Assembly: GCA_021372435.1 (NCBI GenBank)
Contig: JAJFUK010000110.1
Span: forward strand, 9,022 to 73,021
DNA from: Actinomycetes bacterium
Lineage (GTDB): Bacteria; Actinomycetota; Thermoleophilia; RBG-16-64-13
Direction of reading: 5' to 3'
DNA length: 64,000 nt
In this document: one piece after another, positions 9,488 through 18,744 of the stretch
Layout: the number at the start of each line of letters is the position of its first letter
Numbering within the stretch: position 1 is the first letter of the stretch
Translations under genes and position numbers: made by a program
The notes under the pieces: model-generated
What the model saw: only the letters and a program-made list of their open reading frames with translations
What the model was told of the DNA's origin: nothing
Databases searched by the model: none

Positions 9488-11155
9488 CTAGCGGCCGGCT
9501 GTGGGCGGGATGCCCAGGCGCTTGAGGGCGAAGTCCGCGATCTTGGCGAAAGCAGGCGCGGCCACATAGGAACCCAGGTGTTCAGTGGCCGGGTCATCGA
9601 CTGTGACCAGGATCACCAGGCGCGGGCCGTCGGCGGGGACCATCCCTACGAACGAGGCGACGTACCGGTCGTCGTAGTAGCCGCCGCCGTCCTTGACCTT
9701 CTGAGCGGTGCCCGTTTTGCCGGCCACCTCGTAGCCTTCGACCTGGGCCAGTCTGCCGGTCCCATCGGCGACCGTCACGGTCAGCATCTCCCGCAGTTCG
9801 GCCGCCACCACCTCGCTGACCACCCGTCGACTCCAAGGGTCGACCCGGTCTTGGACAAGATGAGGCTGCACCATCAGACCGTCGTTCGCTATCGCCGCGT
9901 AGGCGGCAGCAAGCTGCAAAGGCGTGACGGCGATCCCCTGGCCGATGGGCACGTTGGCGATGGTGGTCCCGTACCACTGCTCGGGAGGCCGCATCTGCCC
10001 GTCGACCTCCCCGGGGAAATCGACGCCGGTCTCGTGAGTGAAGCCGAACTTCTCGATCATCTCGATCAGACGGGTCTTGCCCACTTCCTGCCCTAGTCTC
10101 ACCGCGCCCACGTTAGAAGACTGCGAGAGGATCTCGGTCACGGTCAGCTCACGCACTTCGGGGATGTTTTCGTGAGCCTCGTGGATGGTGACGTCGTAGA
10201 CGGTTATCTCCCTGCCCAGTTCGAACGTCGTCTCGGGAGTGACCACTCCGGCCTCCAATGCCGCCGCGGTGACCACCATCTTGAAGGTCGACCCGGGCTC
10301 GTATTGATCGGTCACCACCATATTGCGGCGGTCGCTCTCTTCGATGGCATCGGAGGCGTAGTCGTTGGCGTCGAAGATGGGGGTGTTGGCCATGGCGAGG
10401 ATCTCGCCGGTGCCGGGGTCGAGCACTACCGCGCAGGCCTTGGCGGCCTGGAACTCCTCCACCACCTCAGTGAGCACCCGCTCGGTCTCATACTGGATAT
10501 CGGCGTCGACCGTGAGGGTGATGGACGTGCCCGGCTCGGCTTCCCTGACCGACACGGTCTCCAAGCGATTGCCGTCGAGGTCGTTGACGACCTGCAACTC
10601 CCCGGGCCTGCCGGCCAGCACATCCTCGTACTCCAACTCCAGCCCGGCCAGGCCTTTGTCTTCGTCCCCGCCCACCAGTCCCAACAACTGGGGAGCAAGG
10701 GCGCCTTTGGGATACACCCGCTTGACTTCCAAGCACACGCCCACCCCGCTGATATCGAGCTCTTTCACCGCATAGCCGACGGACTGCTCGACCTTGCGGG
10801 CCAGGTATCTGAATCCCGAGTCGCTGGTCAGTTTCGCGAATAGTCCCTCCTCTGAAAGCCCAAGGATGGGCGCCAACTGCTTCGCCGCCGCGGCGGGGTC
10901 CTCCACCTGCTGGGGATTCGCGTACACGCTGGCCATGGTCCGAGACACGGCCAGAGACTCTCCCCTGCGATCGTAGATGGCGCCCCGAGGCGCTTCCAGG
11001 GCGATGGTGCTGACGGATTGGCCTTCGCCCTTCTTCTCCAAGTCAGGAGCCGCGACTACCTGTATGTAGAAGGTCCGGCTGAAGAGCGCGACCAAGAAGA
11101 CCACGGCCACGCCCATGAAGAGGGCCAGACGCTTGTTGGTCCGGCCCACGGTCAC
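9488..11155 (-). CDS. ftsI: Class B penicillin-binding protein / peptidoglycan D,D-transpeptidase FtsI
   Basis: 555 aa with an N-terminal membrane anchor and a transpeptidase domain carrying the STFK, SSN and KTGT motifs. In the dcw cluster directly after ftsL. Confidence 0.85.
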   Translation of the reverse strand: MTVGRTNKRLALFMGVAVVFLVALFSRTFYIQVVAAPDLEKKGEGQSVSTIALEAPRGAIYDRRGESLAVSRTMASVYANPQQVEDPAAAAKQLAPILGLSEEGLFAKLTSDSGFRYLARKVEQSVGYAVKELDISGVGVCLEVKRVYPKGALAPQLLGLVGGDEDKGLAGLELEYEDVLAGRPGELQVVNDLDGNRLETVSVREAEPGTSITLTVDADIQYETERVLTEVVEEFQAAKACAVVLDPGTGEILAMANTPIFDANDYASDAIEESDRRNMVVTDQYEPGSTFKMVVTAAALEAGVVTPETTFELGREITVYDVTIHEAHENIPEVRELTVTEILSQSSNVGAVRLGQEVGKTRLIEMIEKFGFTHETGVDFPGEVDGQMRPPEQWYGTTIANVPIGQGIAVTPLQLAAAYAAIANDGLMVQPHLVQDRVDPWSRRVVSEVVAAELREMLTVTVADGTGRLAQVEGYEVAGKTGTAQKVKDGGGYYDDRYVASFVGMVPADGPRLVILVTVDDPATEHLGSYVAAPAFAKIADFALKRLGIPPTAGR

Positions 11156-11679
11156 CGACCGGCGACTGTCGTGTCACCCTCCAATGCCACCGCTCCCCTT
11201 CCCACTTGCATGTAGTAGACAGAGACGGCCGGCACAAGCCCGAGTTCAGCCGCCTGCTCCGCGACCCTCTCGGGTGAGGAAAGGGCGGATACTTGAGCGA
11301 AAAGGGCGGACGTGGCCGCGGTCAGTTCCTGCTTCTGAGACTCGAGCTGCCCCGCCCTCGCTTCAAGACCCGTTGCCGCAGAGCTGACCAGGACGGGAGC
11401 GATGATCAGCGCGCCCAACAGGACGGCCACGAAAGCCAAGACCAGCAGAGCCATGCCCCAACGTGGTCTGCGTCTGGTGACGATCTTGAGCTCAGGTAGA
11501 GCCTCGCCTCTCTCGACCTCAGGGTTGGGCTGAGGAAGACGGGCGGTCGCCTCGCGGCCGTAGTACCGTGTGGAGCGTATGCGGGCGGCCACCCGCGCCC
11601 GGCTACGCATCGCAGCGGCCGAAGGAGTAAGATCCCGCTCCCACGCGTCAATCCAGGCGCTGCGAGAGGCCGTAGGCAT
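11152..11679 (-). CDS. ftsL: FtsL-like cell division protein (single transmembrane helix plus coiled coil)
   Basis: The track ORF runs to 12051 but overlaps rsmH. An internal ATG at 11679..11677 overlaps the rsmH stop (ATGA), giving about 175 aa with one TM helix (GMALLVLAFVAVLLGALIIAPVLV) followed by a coiled coil. It occupies the rsmH-ftsI slot that FtsL normally fills. Confidence 0.5.
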   Translation of the reverse strand: MPTASRSAWIDAWERDLTPSAAAMRSRARVAARIRSTRYYGREATARLPQPNPEVERGEALPELKIVTRRRPRWGMALLVLAFVAVLLGALIIAPVLVSSAATGLEARAGQLESQKQELTAATSALFAQVSALSSPERVAEQAAELGLVPAVSVYYMQVGRGAVALEGDTTVAGR

Positions 11680-12611
11680 CACAGCCTCCGCAATGCGCGC
11701 AGTTTGGCCGAGCTCGAGCGAGGATTGGATTCGACCTCTCGCCGGCTCGGGGTCACAGCCTTCGACCTTAGGAGTTCTCCGGTCGGTTTCTTCCCACACA
11801 CGCAGATGGGAAACGCCGGTGGACAGGTGCACGGTCGCACCTTGCCGGCAAAGAACTCCTTCACTATGCGGTCTTCCAGTGAATGGAAGCTGATGACGGC
11901 CAGGATCCCACCCGGTTTCAGAAGGGCAAAGGCCTCGGGCAGAGCCCGCCGCAGGCTGTCCAGCTCGTCGTTCACCTCGATGCGCAGGGCCTGAAAGACC
12001 CTCTTGGCGGGGTTGCCGGCCCCGAAACGGGCGGGCGTGGGGATGGCGCACTTTATGGTCTCGACCAGCTCCGCCGTGCGGGAGTAGGCTCCTCTCGCCC
12101 TCCGCAGAACGATCGCATGCGCGATCCGCCGGGAATAGCGTTCCTCGCCGTAGCGCCCGAACAGATCGGCCAGGGCGGCTTCGGACCAGGTATTGACGAT
12201 GTCGGCAGCCGTGACCGGCGCGGTCGGATCCATCCGCATATCAAGGGGTGCGTCGTAGTTGTACGAGAACCCTCGCTCCGGCGTGTCGATTTGCATGCTA
12301 CTCACCCCCAGGTCCATGTAGACATGGGTGGCACGAAAACCCTTGTCGACCAGCTCGCCCAGCGAATCGGCGAAGTTGCCCAGATAGAAGCGGGAACGAC
12401 AGCGAAAGCTGGGCCTGAGGCTGATGTAGTAGTCCTGGGCCACCGGATCTTGGTCGCAGGCGACCAGGATGCCGTCGGGACCAAGTCCGGCCGCAACGGC
12501 TTCCGCGTGTCCGCCGGCCCCGAACGTGCAATCGACTACTCGAGAGTAGGGGCGCACCTCGAGCAGTTGAAGGAGTTCTTTCGTCAGGACCGGAACGTGA
12601 GCCATGGCCAT
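11679..12611 (-). CDS. rsmH: 16S rRNA (cytosine1402-N4)-methyltransferase RsmH (MraW)
   Basis: HVPVL N-terminus, a CTFGAGGH SAM-binding motif and a DLGVSSMQ(I)D motif. Start chosen at MAMAHVPVL rather than the longer track ORF. Confidence 0.9.
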   Translation of the reverse strand: MAMAHVPVLTKELLQLLEVRPYSRVVDCTFGAGGHAEAVAAGLGPDGILVACDQDPVAQDYYISLRPSFRCRSRFYLGNFADSLGELVDKGFRATHVYMDLGVSSMQIDTPERGFSYNYDAPLDMRMDPTAPVTAADIVNTWSEAALADLFGRYGEERYSRRIAHAIVLRRARGAYSRTAELVETIKCAIPTPARFGAGNPAKRVFQALRIEVNDELDSLRRALPEAFALLKPGGILAVISFHSLEDRIVKEFFAGKVRPCTCPPAFPICVCGKKPTGELLRSKAVTPSRREVESNPRSSSAKLRALRRL

Positions 12612-12636
12612 CTCCGTGACGAATGAGGCCGCCGCG

Positions 12637-13059
12637 CTAGGCATCTCCGCGCCTCCTTCTCGCTTTCAACGCCGCGTAGGTCTCCGGGTTCCAGATCTCT
12701 AGGTGAGTGCGGTTTCCGATTATCTTGACCTTGCCCGACAACCCGAGCTCTTTAATCCGCTGGGAAGGGATGAGAACGCGCCCCTGCCGGTCCGGCTCCA
12801 CCGGGTCCAGGCTCTCGTAGATGGAGCGCGCCCGCCAGCTGTCCTCCTCGTTCTCAAAGACGTTCAGGGGCTCGATGTACTTGGCGTCGAACTCGTCCCA
12901 GGAGTCAGGGTGGTATACCCGCACGCACGGCTCGTTGTCCTGGAACCGCACGAGCACGGCGCCCCTCTGGAAATACTCGCGATACCGGGCAGGCAGGGTG
13001 ATGCGTCCCTTGGGATCGAGGGTGTGATCGAACTCCCCTGCGAGCAATACTCGTTGCAT
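12637..13059 (-). CDS. mraZ: Transcriptional regulator MraZ
   Basis: 140 aa with two MraZ repeats (DPKGRITLP ... DRQGRVLIP). First gene of the dcw cluster. Confidence 0.85.
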   Translation of the reverse strand: MQRVLLAGEFDHTLDPKGRITLPARYREYFQRGAVLVRFQDNEPCVRVYHPDSWDEFDAKYIEPLNVFENEEDSWRARSIYESLDPVEPDRQGRVLIPSQRIKELGLSGKVKIIGNRTHLEIWNPETYAALKARRRRGDA

Positions 13060-13339
13060 GCGACCACTTTAGACCAAAATCTTCCCTAATGCAATACTTT
13101 TGTTCCATTCCCTCCCACCACGTCTACTCAAGAGCCCCAAACCCGTCTATTTCCCCGGTCTTGCCGAGTAGCGCGGATATCTCTGCGCCCGCGAGCCGTC
13201 GTCCGTTTCTGCATAATTGATTGCTTGTCTTAGCTAGTGCAGCGATGATTGCATGCGACCTGGGAGCGCGACGCTCACCAGTCGAGACCCGCGCCCGCGA
13301 AACCGGGATCCGGACCCGCCCGCCGTCCCCGAACAGGGC
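13060..13339 (-). promoter_or_regulatory. dcw-cluster (mraZ) promoter/operator region and pcrA 3' region
   Basis: 280-bp intergenic stretch that is unusually AT-rich for this genome. Contains a G-rich repeat block (GTGGTGGGAGGGAATGGAAC on the coding strand, about 13102..13121) that could be a MraZ operator. Also contains TANNNT-like hexamers and a direct-repeat/palindrome island (TGATTGC x2, TAGCTA, GCATGC) at about 13209..13258. Confidence 0.3.
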
Positions 13340-15622
13340 TCAGAGCCGCCGGAGCGGAGCGTATTCGAGCAGCAACCGTTTCTGCTCGCCGGAATCGGAG
13401 AAGAAGACCCGCACGATCCCGCCGGGCTCCACACCCAGCACCACCCCTTCTCCGAACTTGGCATGCACGACCTTGTCGCCCGGGGCGAACCCGGCCACCG
13501 CCGGAGCACCGGCCGCCCCCCTGGGTACCGTAGGCCGGCCGCTTGAGTCGGACTCGGGCCGGAGCCCGCGTCCCGCCTTCGTCAGGTACGGCTCGTGTCT
13601 CGTGCGCCCCTGCGGGGCGGAGACCGACGTTTCCCGGTACTCGATCAACCGGCTCGGTATCTCTCTCAGGAAACGACTCGGCAGCTTGTACCCGCTCCCT
13701 CCATGGAGAGAGCGGCTGCGCGCGTGCGACAGGTATACACGATCCTTCGCCCGAGTGATGCCGACGTAGCAAAGACGCCGCTCCTCCTCCAGGCGCTGCT
13801 CGTCCAACGACCGGGAGTGCGGGAACAGACCCTCCTCCATCCCGGTGATGAAGACCACGGGGAATTCCAGCCCTTTGGCGTTGTGAAGGGTCATCAGCGT
13901 AACGACCGGCCGTCCCTCCTCCAAACTGTCGATGTCGGCGTAAAGGCTGATCTCCTGGAGGAAATCGTCGAGGGTACCATCGGGATCCATGCGGTCGAAC
14001 TCCTCGGCCACTGCGACGAACTCCTGCAGGTTCTCCAAGCGGCCCTCGGCCTCGAGCGTCCGTTCGGCCTTGAGGGCCTCCGCCATTCCGCTCTCCTCCA
14101 GGACCCGGCGCACCAACGCGGCGACCGAGCCCTTACTCTGAGCCGCTTCCGCCCAGGAAACGAAGCTCTCGCCCAGGCTCGCGCAACCCCGGGCCGCCCC
14201 GCCGGTCAGACCGGCCACTTCCGAGACGTGGAGCAGGGCTTCTCTCAGCGGCATCTCTTGCGAAGCCGCGTAGTTCTGCAGTCGCCCGATGGCGACATCG
14301 CCCAGTCCGCGCCGAGGCGTGTTCACGACACGCAGGAGCGACAGATCATCGGCGGCGTTCATCGTCACGCGCAGGTACGCGAGCAGGTCTTTGATCTCGG
14401 TCCGCTGGTAGAACTTCGTCCCTCCGATCACCCGGTAGGCGACCCCTTGGCGCACCAGCATGTCTTCCAGCACCCGCGACTGCGCGTTCACCCTGTAGAA
14501 GACGGCGATGTCGGAGGCCGGGCGATGGCGCAGCAGGTCGACGATCTCTTCGCAGACGAGTCGCGCTTCTTCGTGCTCGTCACGGCACTCGAACACCACT
14601 ACCGGTTCCCCCGACCCCCTCTCGCTCCATAGGTTCTTGGGCTTGCGACCGCGATTGTGGGCGACGAGCGCGTTCGCGGCATCCAGTATCGTGGTCGACG
14701 AACGGTAGTTCTGCTCGAGCTTGATCACCCTGGCATCGGGAAAATCATCCTCGAAGCTGAGTATGTTGCGGATGTCGGCGCCCCGCCACGAGTAGACCGA
14801 CTGATCATCGTCGCCGACCACTGTGACCTGCCGGTGTTCCTCGGTCAACAGCTTGACCAAAAGGTACTGTGCCCGGTTGGTGTCCTGATACTCGTCCACC
14901 AGGACGTGACGGAACTGGTCCCGATAGTATTCGAGGCGTTGGGGGAAGAGCCGGAGGACGTCGACCATCCGCATGAGGAGGTCGTCGAAGTCCAGGGCGT
15001 TCTGCTCCAGCAGGCGGGTCTGGTAGCGCCGGTAGACTTGAGCAGCCACGTCGAGATAGTCCGACAGACCGCCCCCTGCCCGCTCATCGTGCCAAGGATC
15101 GCCTCCCCGGTCTGCCCGGCGGCCGAACTCGTCCACGTCGATGAGCCTGTTCTTGGCATCGGAGATAAGGCTCTGCACCCCCCGGGGCGGAAAACGCTTG
15201 GGGTCGAGGCGAAGGTCCTCCAGGCAGTGCTTGACGAGCCGGGTCGAGTCGTCCTCATCGTAGATGGTGAAGTTGGAGCGGTATCCGAGCAGAGGAGCGT
15301 CCTGGCGTAACATGCGGGCGCACGCCGAGTGGAAGGTGCAGACCCACATCCACCCGGAGACAGGTCCCAGGAGCCCGGCCACCCGGGCCTTCATCTCCCC
15401 GGCCGCCTTGTTGGTGAAAGTGATGGCCAAGGTCTGGTGCGGTCGCACCTGCCCGCTTCGTATGAGGTGGGCAAGACGGTAGGTCAGCACCCGGGTCTTG
15501 CCGGAGCCCGCGCCGGCCAGCACGAGCAGCGGCCCTCCGCAGTGGAAGACCGCCTCGCGTTGCCGCTCGTTCAGGTCTTCGACCGGCCGGGCCACGCCCG
15601 CGTCAGCGGCCGGGCGCGTCAT
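13340..15622 (-). CDS. pcrA: ATP-dependent DNA helicase PcrA/UvrD
   Basis: 760 aa. UvrD-like superfamily 1A motifs (AGAGSGKTRVLTYR, TFTNKAA, VDEYQDTN) and the PcrA C-terminal Tudor-like tail (GDKVVHAKFGEGVV). Confidence 0.85.
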   Translation of the reverse strand: MTRPAADAGVARPVEDLNERQREAVFHCGGPLLVLAGAGSGKTRVLTYRLAHLIRSGQVRPHQTLAITFTNKAAGEMKARVAGLLGPVSGWMWVCTFHSACARMLRQDAPLLGYRSNFTIYDEDDSTRLVKHCLEDLRLDPKRFPPRGVQSLISDAKNRLIDVDEFGRRADRGGDPWHDERAGGGLSDYLDVAAQVYRRYQTRLLEQNALDFDDLLMRMVDVLRLFPQRLEYYRDQFRHVLVDEYQDTNRAQYLLVKLLTEEHRQVTVVGDDDQSVYSWRGADIRNILSFEDDFPDARVIKLEQNYRSSTTILDAANALVAHNRGRKPKNLWSERGSGEPVVVFECRDEHEEARLVCEEIVDLLRHRPASDIAVFYRVNAQSRVLEDMLVRQGVAYRVIGGTKFYQRTEIKDLLAYLRVTMNAADDLSLLRVVNTPRRGLGDVAIGRLQNYAASQEMPLREALLHVSEVAGLTGGAARGCASLGESFVSWAEAAQSKGSVAALVRRVLEESGMAEALKAERTLEAEGRLENLQEFVAVAEEFDRMDPDGTLDDFLQEISLYADIDSLEEGRPVVTLMTLHNAKGLEFPVVFITGMEEGLFPHSRSLDEQRLEEERRLCYVGITRAKDRVYLSHARSRSLHGGSGYKLPSRFLREIPSRLIEYRETSVSAPQGRTRHEPYLTKAGRGLRPESDSSGRPTVPRGAAGAPAVAGFAPGDKVVHAKFGEGVVLGVEPGGIVRVFFSDSGEQKRLLLEYAPLRRL

Positions 15623-15906
15623 AGAGCCGTATGGAGCCGCAGGGAGTCACAGCGCGCCCCGACGGCCGGGAGACACCGCTTTTAGGCACCGCTGCGCGCG
15701 AGGACCAAGGGGCTCGGCCCTTCGCGACCCCGGGCCCGTCGCCCGCGGCTCTTCAGACTCACTCTGCCATCGCATCACTCCACCCACCGAACACTTCATG
15801 GGCCGGACACCTCATGGCCTCAGACACGGATCACCCGCCGGCCGGCGCCTGGGTCGCGGAGACCTCGAGACCGACCGCGTGCCGTCCTTTGCGCCGCACC
15901 ACGCGC

Positions 15907-16743
15907 TCAGGTCTCCTCCCGGCCGGCGGCGGGCGGAAAGACCTCGTTGAGGCTCCCGCTTCTGAAACCGCTCAGGTCGAGGGTCACATACAGATACCCC
16001 AACTCGCGTAGGCGCTTAACGATAGCACGCCGGACGGATTCGTCGGCGGCACGGGATATCTCGGGTCCGGGCACCTCGATACGGGCGACGTCTCCGTGGT
16101 GGCGCAGTCGCACTGCGGAGAACCCCAGGGTCCGTAGGAAACGTTCCCCCTCAGCCACCACTTGGAGCTTAGCCGCCGTGATCGGCTCACCGTAGGGGAA
16201 CCGGCTGGCCAGACAGGGCGACGCAGGCAGGTCCCAGTTGGTCAGCGCCGATCGGCGGGCCAGCTCACGCACCTCGGCCTTCCCGATGCCGGCTTCAGCC
16301 AGAGGACTGCGGACTCCCAGCGCCGCCGCCGCCCGCATGCCCGGCCGGTAATCGGCCCCGTCATCACGGTTCACTCCGTCGACTACCGTGGCCATGCCTT
16401 CCGCCGCGGCCAGCTCGACCAGCATGCCGTACATCTCACTGCGGCAGAGGAAACAACGCTCCGGAGGGTTGGTGGCAAAGCCGGGGATGGCCAGCTCGTT
16501 GGTGCGGATGACGAGGTGACGGACCCCCAGCCGGGCGGCGGCTGCGCGCGCCGCCTCCAGTTCCTCCGCCGTGTGCACGTCGCCGTGGGCCGTGACGGCC
16601 AGGATAGCCTGCGGCCCCACTTCATCGAGTGCCAGCTTCAGCAGCAGGGTGGAATCGACGCCCCCTGAGAACGCGACCAGAAGGGGGGCCGCCTCCCGCA
16701 GGAGGGTGCGGAGCCGCTCTACTCTGTCTGCGAGACCGTCCAT
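15907..16743 (-). CDS. LarE-family PP-loop ATP pyrophosphatase (TIGR00268-like), three-cysteine type
   Basis: SGGVDS PP-loop, a CxxC pair (ERCFLCRSEMY) and a PASPCLASRFPYGEPIT motif, which together are typical of the LarE family with three conserved cysteines. Start taken at the internal MDGLADRV. Confidence 0.7.
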   Translation of the reverse strand: MDGLADRVERLRTLLREAAPLLVAFSGGVDSTLLLKLALDEVGPQAILAVTAHGDVHTAEELEAARAAAARLGVRHLVIRTNELAIPGFATNPPERCFLCRSEMYGMLVELAAAEGMATVVDGVNRDDGADYRPGMRAAAALGVRSPLAEAGIGKAEVRELARRSALTNWDLPASPCLASRFPYGEPITAAKLQVVAEGERFLRTLGFSAVRLRHHGDVARIEVPGPEISRAADESVRRAIVKRLRELGYLYVTLDLSGFRSGSLNEVFPPAAGREET

Positions 16744-17507
16744 AAGGATCGGGCCGCCGCCACACCGCAGCACAGGCAGCCGGCATCACGAGGCACTTCG
16801 AGCCTATCCATGGTGAGATCCCAGACGTCTACCACGAGCAACCCCTGGTTCCTCGCGGCCGGATCTACCACCAGCTTGATCGCCTCGCCCGCTTCTACGC
16901 TGCCGATGACGGCCACCACCGTGTTCAACACCCCCGCCGTCGCCGCGGTCGGGGAGTGGTCGGGAGAAGGGAGATCCCGGACCAGGCAGCGCAGACAGGG
17001 ACCTTCGCCGGGTACGATGGTCATCGACATGCCACTGGTCCGGATGACGCCCCCATACACCCAAGGCATCCCCCGCGCGACGGCATAGTCGTTGATGACG
17101 AACCGGGTGGGGAAGTTGTCGGTGCCGTCCACCAGGAGGTCCAAATCGTCCGCGAAACCGGGCAGGTTGCCCTGATCTATGGTGGTCACCACCGGTTCGA
17201 CCGTCACCTGGCTGTTGGCCTTCTTCAAGAAGGCGGCCGCAGCCTCCGCCTTGGGGACACGACGGGCCACGTCATCCTCGGTGAAGAGGATCTGCCGGTG
17301 GAGGTTCTCAAGATCGGGGCAATCCCTGTCGACGATGCGCACAAGGCCTACGCCTGCGCGGACCAAATGGGTGCAGATCACGCACCCCAATGCGCCACAG
17401 CCGACCAGGCCGACCCGCGCTCGGGCCAGTTTCTCCTGCCCGTCTCGACCGATCTGCGGGACCAGCATCTGTCTGCGATAGCGCTCGAGAGGATCGCCGG
17501 CGCTCAC
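16719..17507 (-). CDS. ThiF/MoeB/HesA-family E1-like adenylyltransferase
   Basis: RYRRQ motif, GxGxxG nucleotide-binding loop (LVGCGALGCV), and a two-CxxC zinc motif (CLRCL ... CLCCG). 262 aa, no rhodanese domain. Confidence 0.8.
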   Translation of the reverse strand: MSAGDPLERYRRQMLVPQIGRDGQEKLARARVGLVGCGALGCVICTHLVRAGVGLVRIVDRDCPDLENLHRQILFTEDDVARRVPKAEAAAAFLKKANSQVTVEPVVTTIDQGNLPGFADDLDLLVDGTDNFPTRFVINDYAVARGMPWVYGGVIRTSGMSMTIVPGEGPCLRCLVRDLPSPDHSPTAATAGVLNTVVAVIGSVEAGEAIKLVVDPAARNQGLLVVDVWDLTMDRLEVPRDAGCLCCGVAAARSLWTVSQTE

Positions 17508-17516
17508 AGTCCCCTC

Positions 17517-18740
17517 CTACCCGGCGGGCTTGGTGGCGGTCGTGGCCGGCGGTATGTAGTCCTTCCCAATGACGACGATGATGTACCCGGGCTTGAGCGT
17601 CTCATCCACCTCGATGGCACCGACTCCGAGAAGAGCGCGCACCCGCCCACCCAGGTCCGCTACGTCAGGAGCCACCTGGATGCGCGTCCGCTCCACATCG
17701 GGGAAATCCGCTGAATTGCCGGCAGGCAGCATGATATACCCCAAGGGCGCGAGGACTTCGCCGGCCTCTTGCGCGATCCCTACTACTCCCGAACCGTTCT
17801 GCACCTGAAGGGTCACGTTCACCTCCGCTGACCTTCCGGCCAGAGCAGCCTTGGCGGCCTCCACGTCCGGTTCCACGTACTTGAAACCGACGCCTTCCAC
17901 CAGCCTGCCGCTGAGCTCAGCCGCCATCCATCCGCCTCCCGGCACCGCGGCGACCAGATCGCCCATCACCTCACGGAACTCGTCGGCGTCGCCCTCCAGC
18001 GCGAGGCCGGCCCACAAGTTCTCGTCGGTCTCCGGAGCATCCCCGCCGGCGAGCGCGAGGAGGGCTCGGGCGACCTGCGCCGGCTCCCCCCCTCCGGCGG
18101 CGAGGACCGCCGGCGGCAGATCGGCTACGCCGGCGTTCTGCACGACGGTGCGCAGGGCCGGCCATTCCACCGAAGCCACACATTCGCTCAGCACTCCTAG
18201 AGCCTCGGAAAGCGCCGTCTGCAGGGCCTCATCCCGGCCGCTAAGATGGAGTTCGGCAAGGGTCTCGAAGCCTTCGGCGGTCTTGAGCAGTGTCGCTCCA
18301 GGCATGGCGAGAACGGTCCCCCCCGCATCCCGCGGGTAGAAGAAGACCAAGACGGGTACGGCGTCCCCCTGCTCGATCACGAGCAGCGCGGTCCGCGCCC
18401 TCTCGTCATCGACCTCGGCGGCCGGGAGAGTCGTCACCGCCTCGCCCTCGACCTCCCGTCCGCCCAGCAGCGCGAACAACGCAACTATCGCCGCGATCAC
18501 GACCAACGTAGGGCCGACCACGATCGCCGTCCGGACCATCGTCTTGCGTCTGTGTTTCGCCCTACGGCTCATGCGCCGCTCGGAGCGGGAGGCGTACTCG
18601 CTCCGCCGGCCCCCGGATGCCGAGGCGGCACGTTCGGACGGTTCCACGCCGACAGAACGATCCCAAGCGGACAGCCGCTCCAGCGGGGAAGGCCGCTTCG
18701 GCGTTCTATCGGGTCTCTGCTCCTCGTCCACGTCCGTCAT
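17517..18740 (-). CDS. Membrane protein with a C-terminal LytR_C domain
   Basis: Basic cytoplasmic N-terminus, one TM helix (AIVVGPTLVVIAAIVALFALL) and a C-terminal LytR_C-like segment (VTLQVQNGSGVVGIA...RIQVAPDVADLGGRV). Start moved to the M15 codon (by arithmetic from the track) to avoid overlapping nadD. Confidence 0.5.
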   Translation of the reverse strand: MTDVDEEQRPDRTPKRPSPLERLSAWDRSVGVEPSERAASASGGRRSEYASRSERRMSRRAKHRRKTMVRTAIVVGPTLVVIAAIVALFALLGGREVEGEAVTTLPAAEVDDERARTALLVIEQGDAVPVLVFFYPRDAGGTVLAMPGATLLKTAEGFETLAELHLSGRDEALQTALSEALGVLSECVASVEWPALRTVVQNAGVADLPPAVLAAGGGEPAQVARALLALAGGDAPETDENLWAGLALEGDADEFREVMGDLVAAVPGGGWMAAELSGRLVEGVGFKYVEPDVEAAKAALAGRSAEVNVTLQVQNGSGVVGIAQEAGEVLAPLGYIMLPAGNSADFPDVERTRIQVAPDVADLGGRVRALLGVGAIEVDETLKPGYIIVVIGKDYIPPATTATKPAG

Positions 18741-18744
18741 GCGC

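Noticed and set aside
15831-15902. Short minus-strand frame ending ...AGG-stop that could have been a ThiS/MoaD-like sulfur carrier for the ThiF-like enzyme
   Set aside because: Only about 23 codons from the first possible start. It overlaps the LarE-like 3' end in another frame and is far too short for a beta-grasp carrier.
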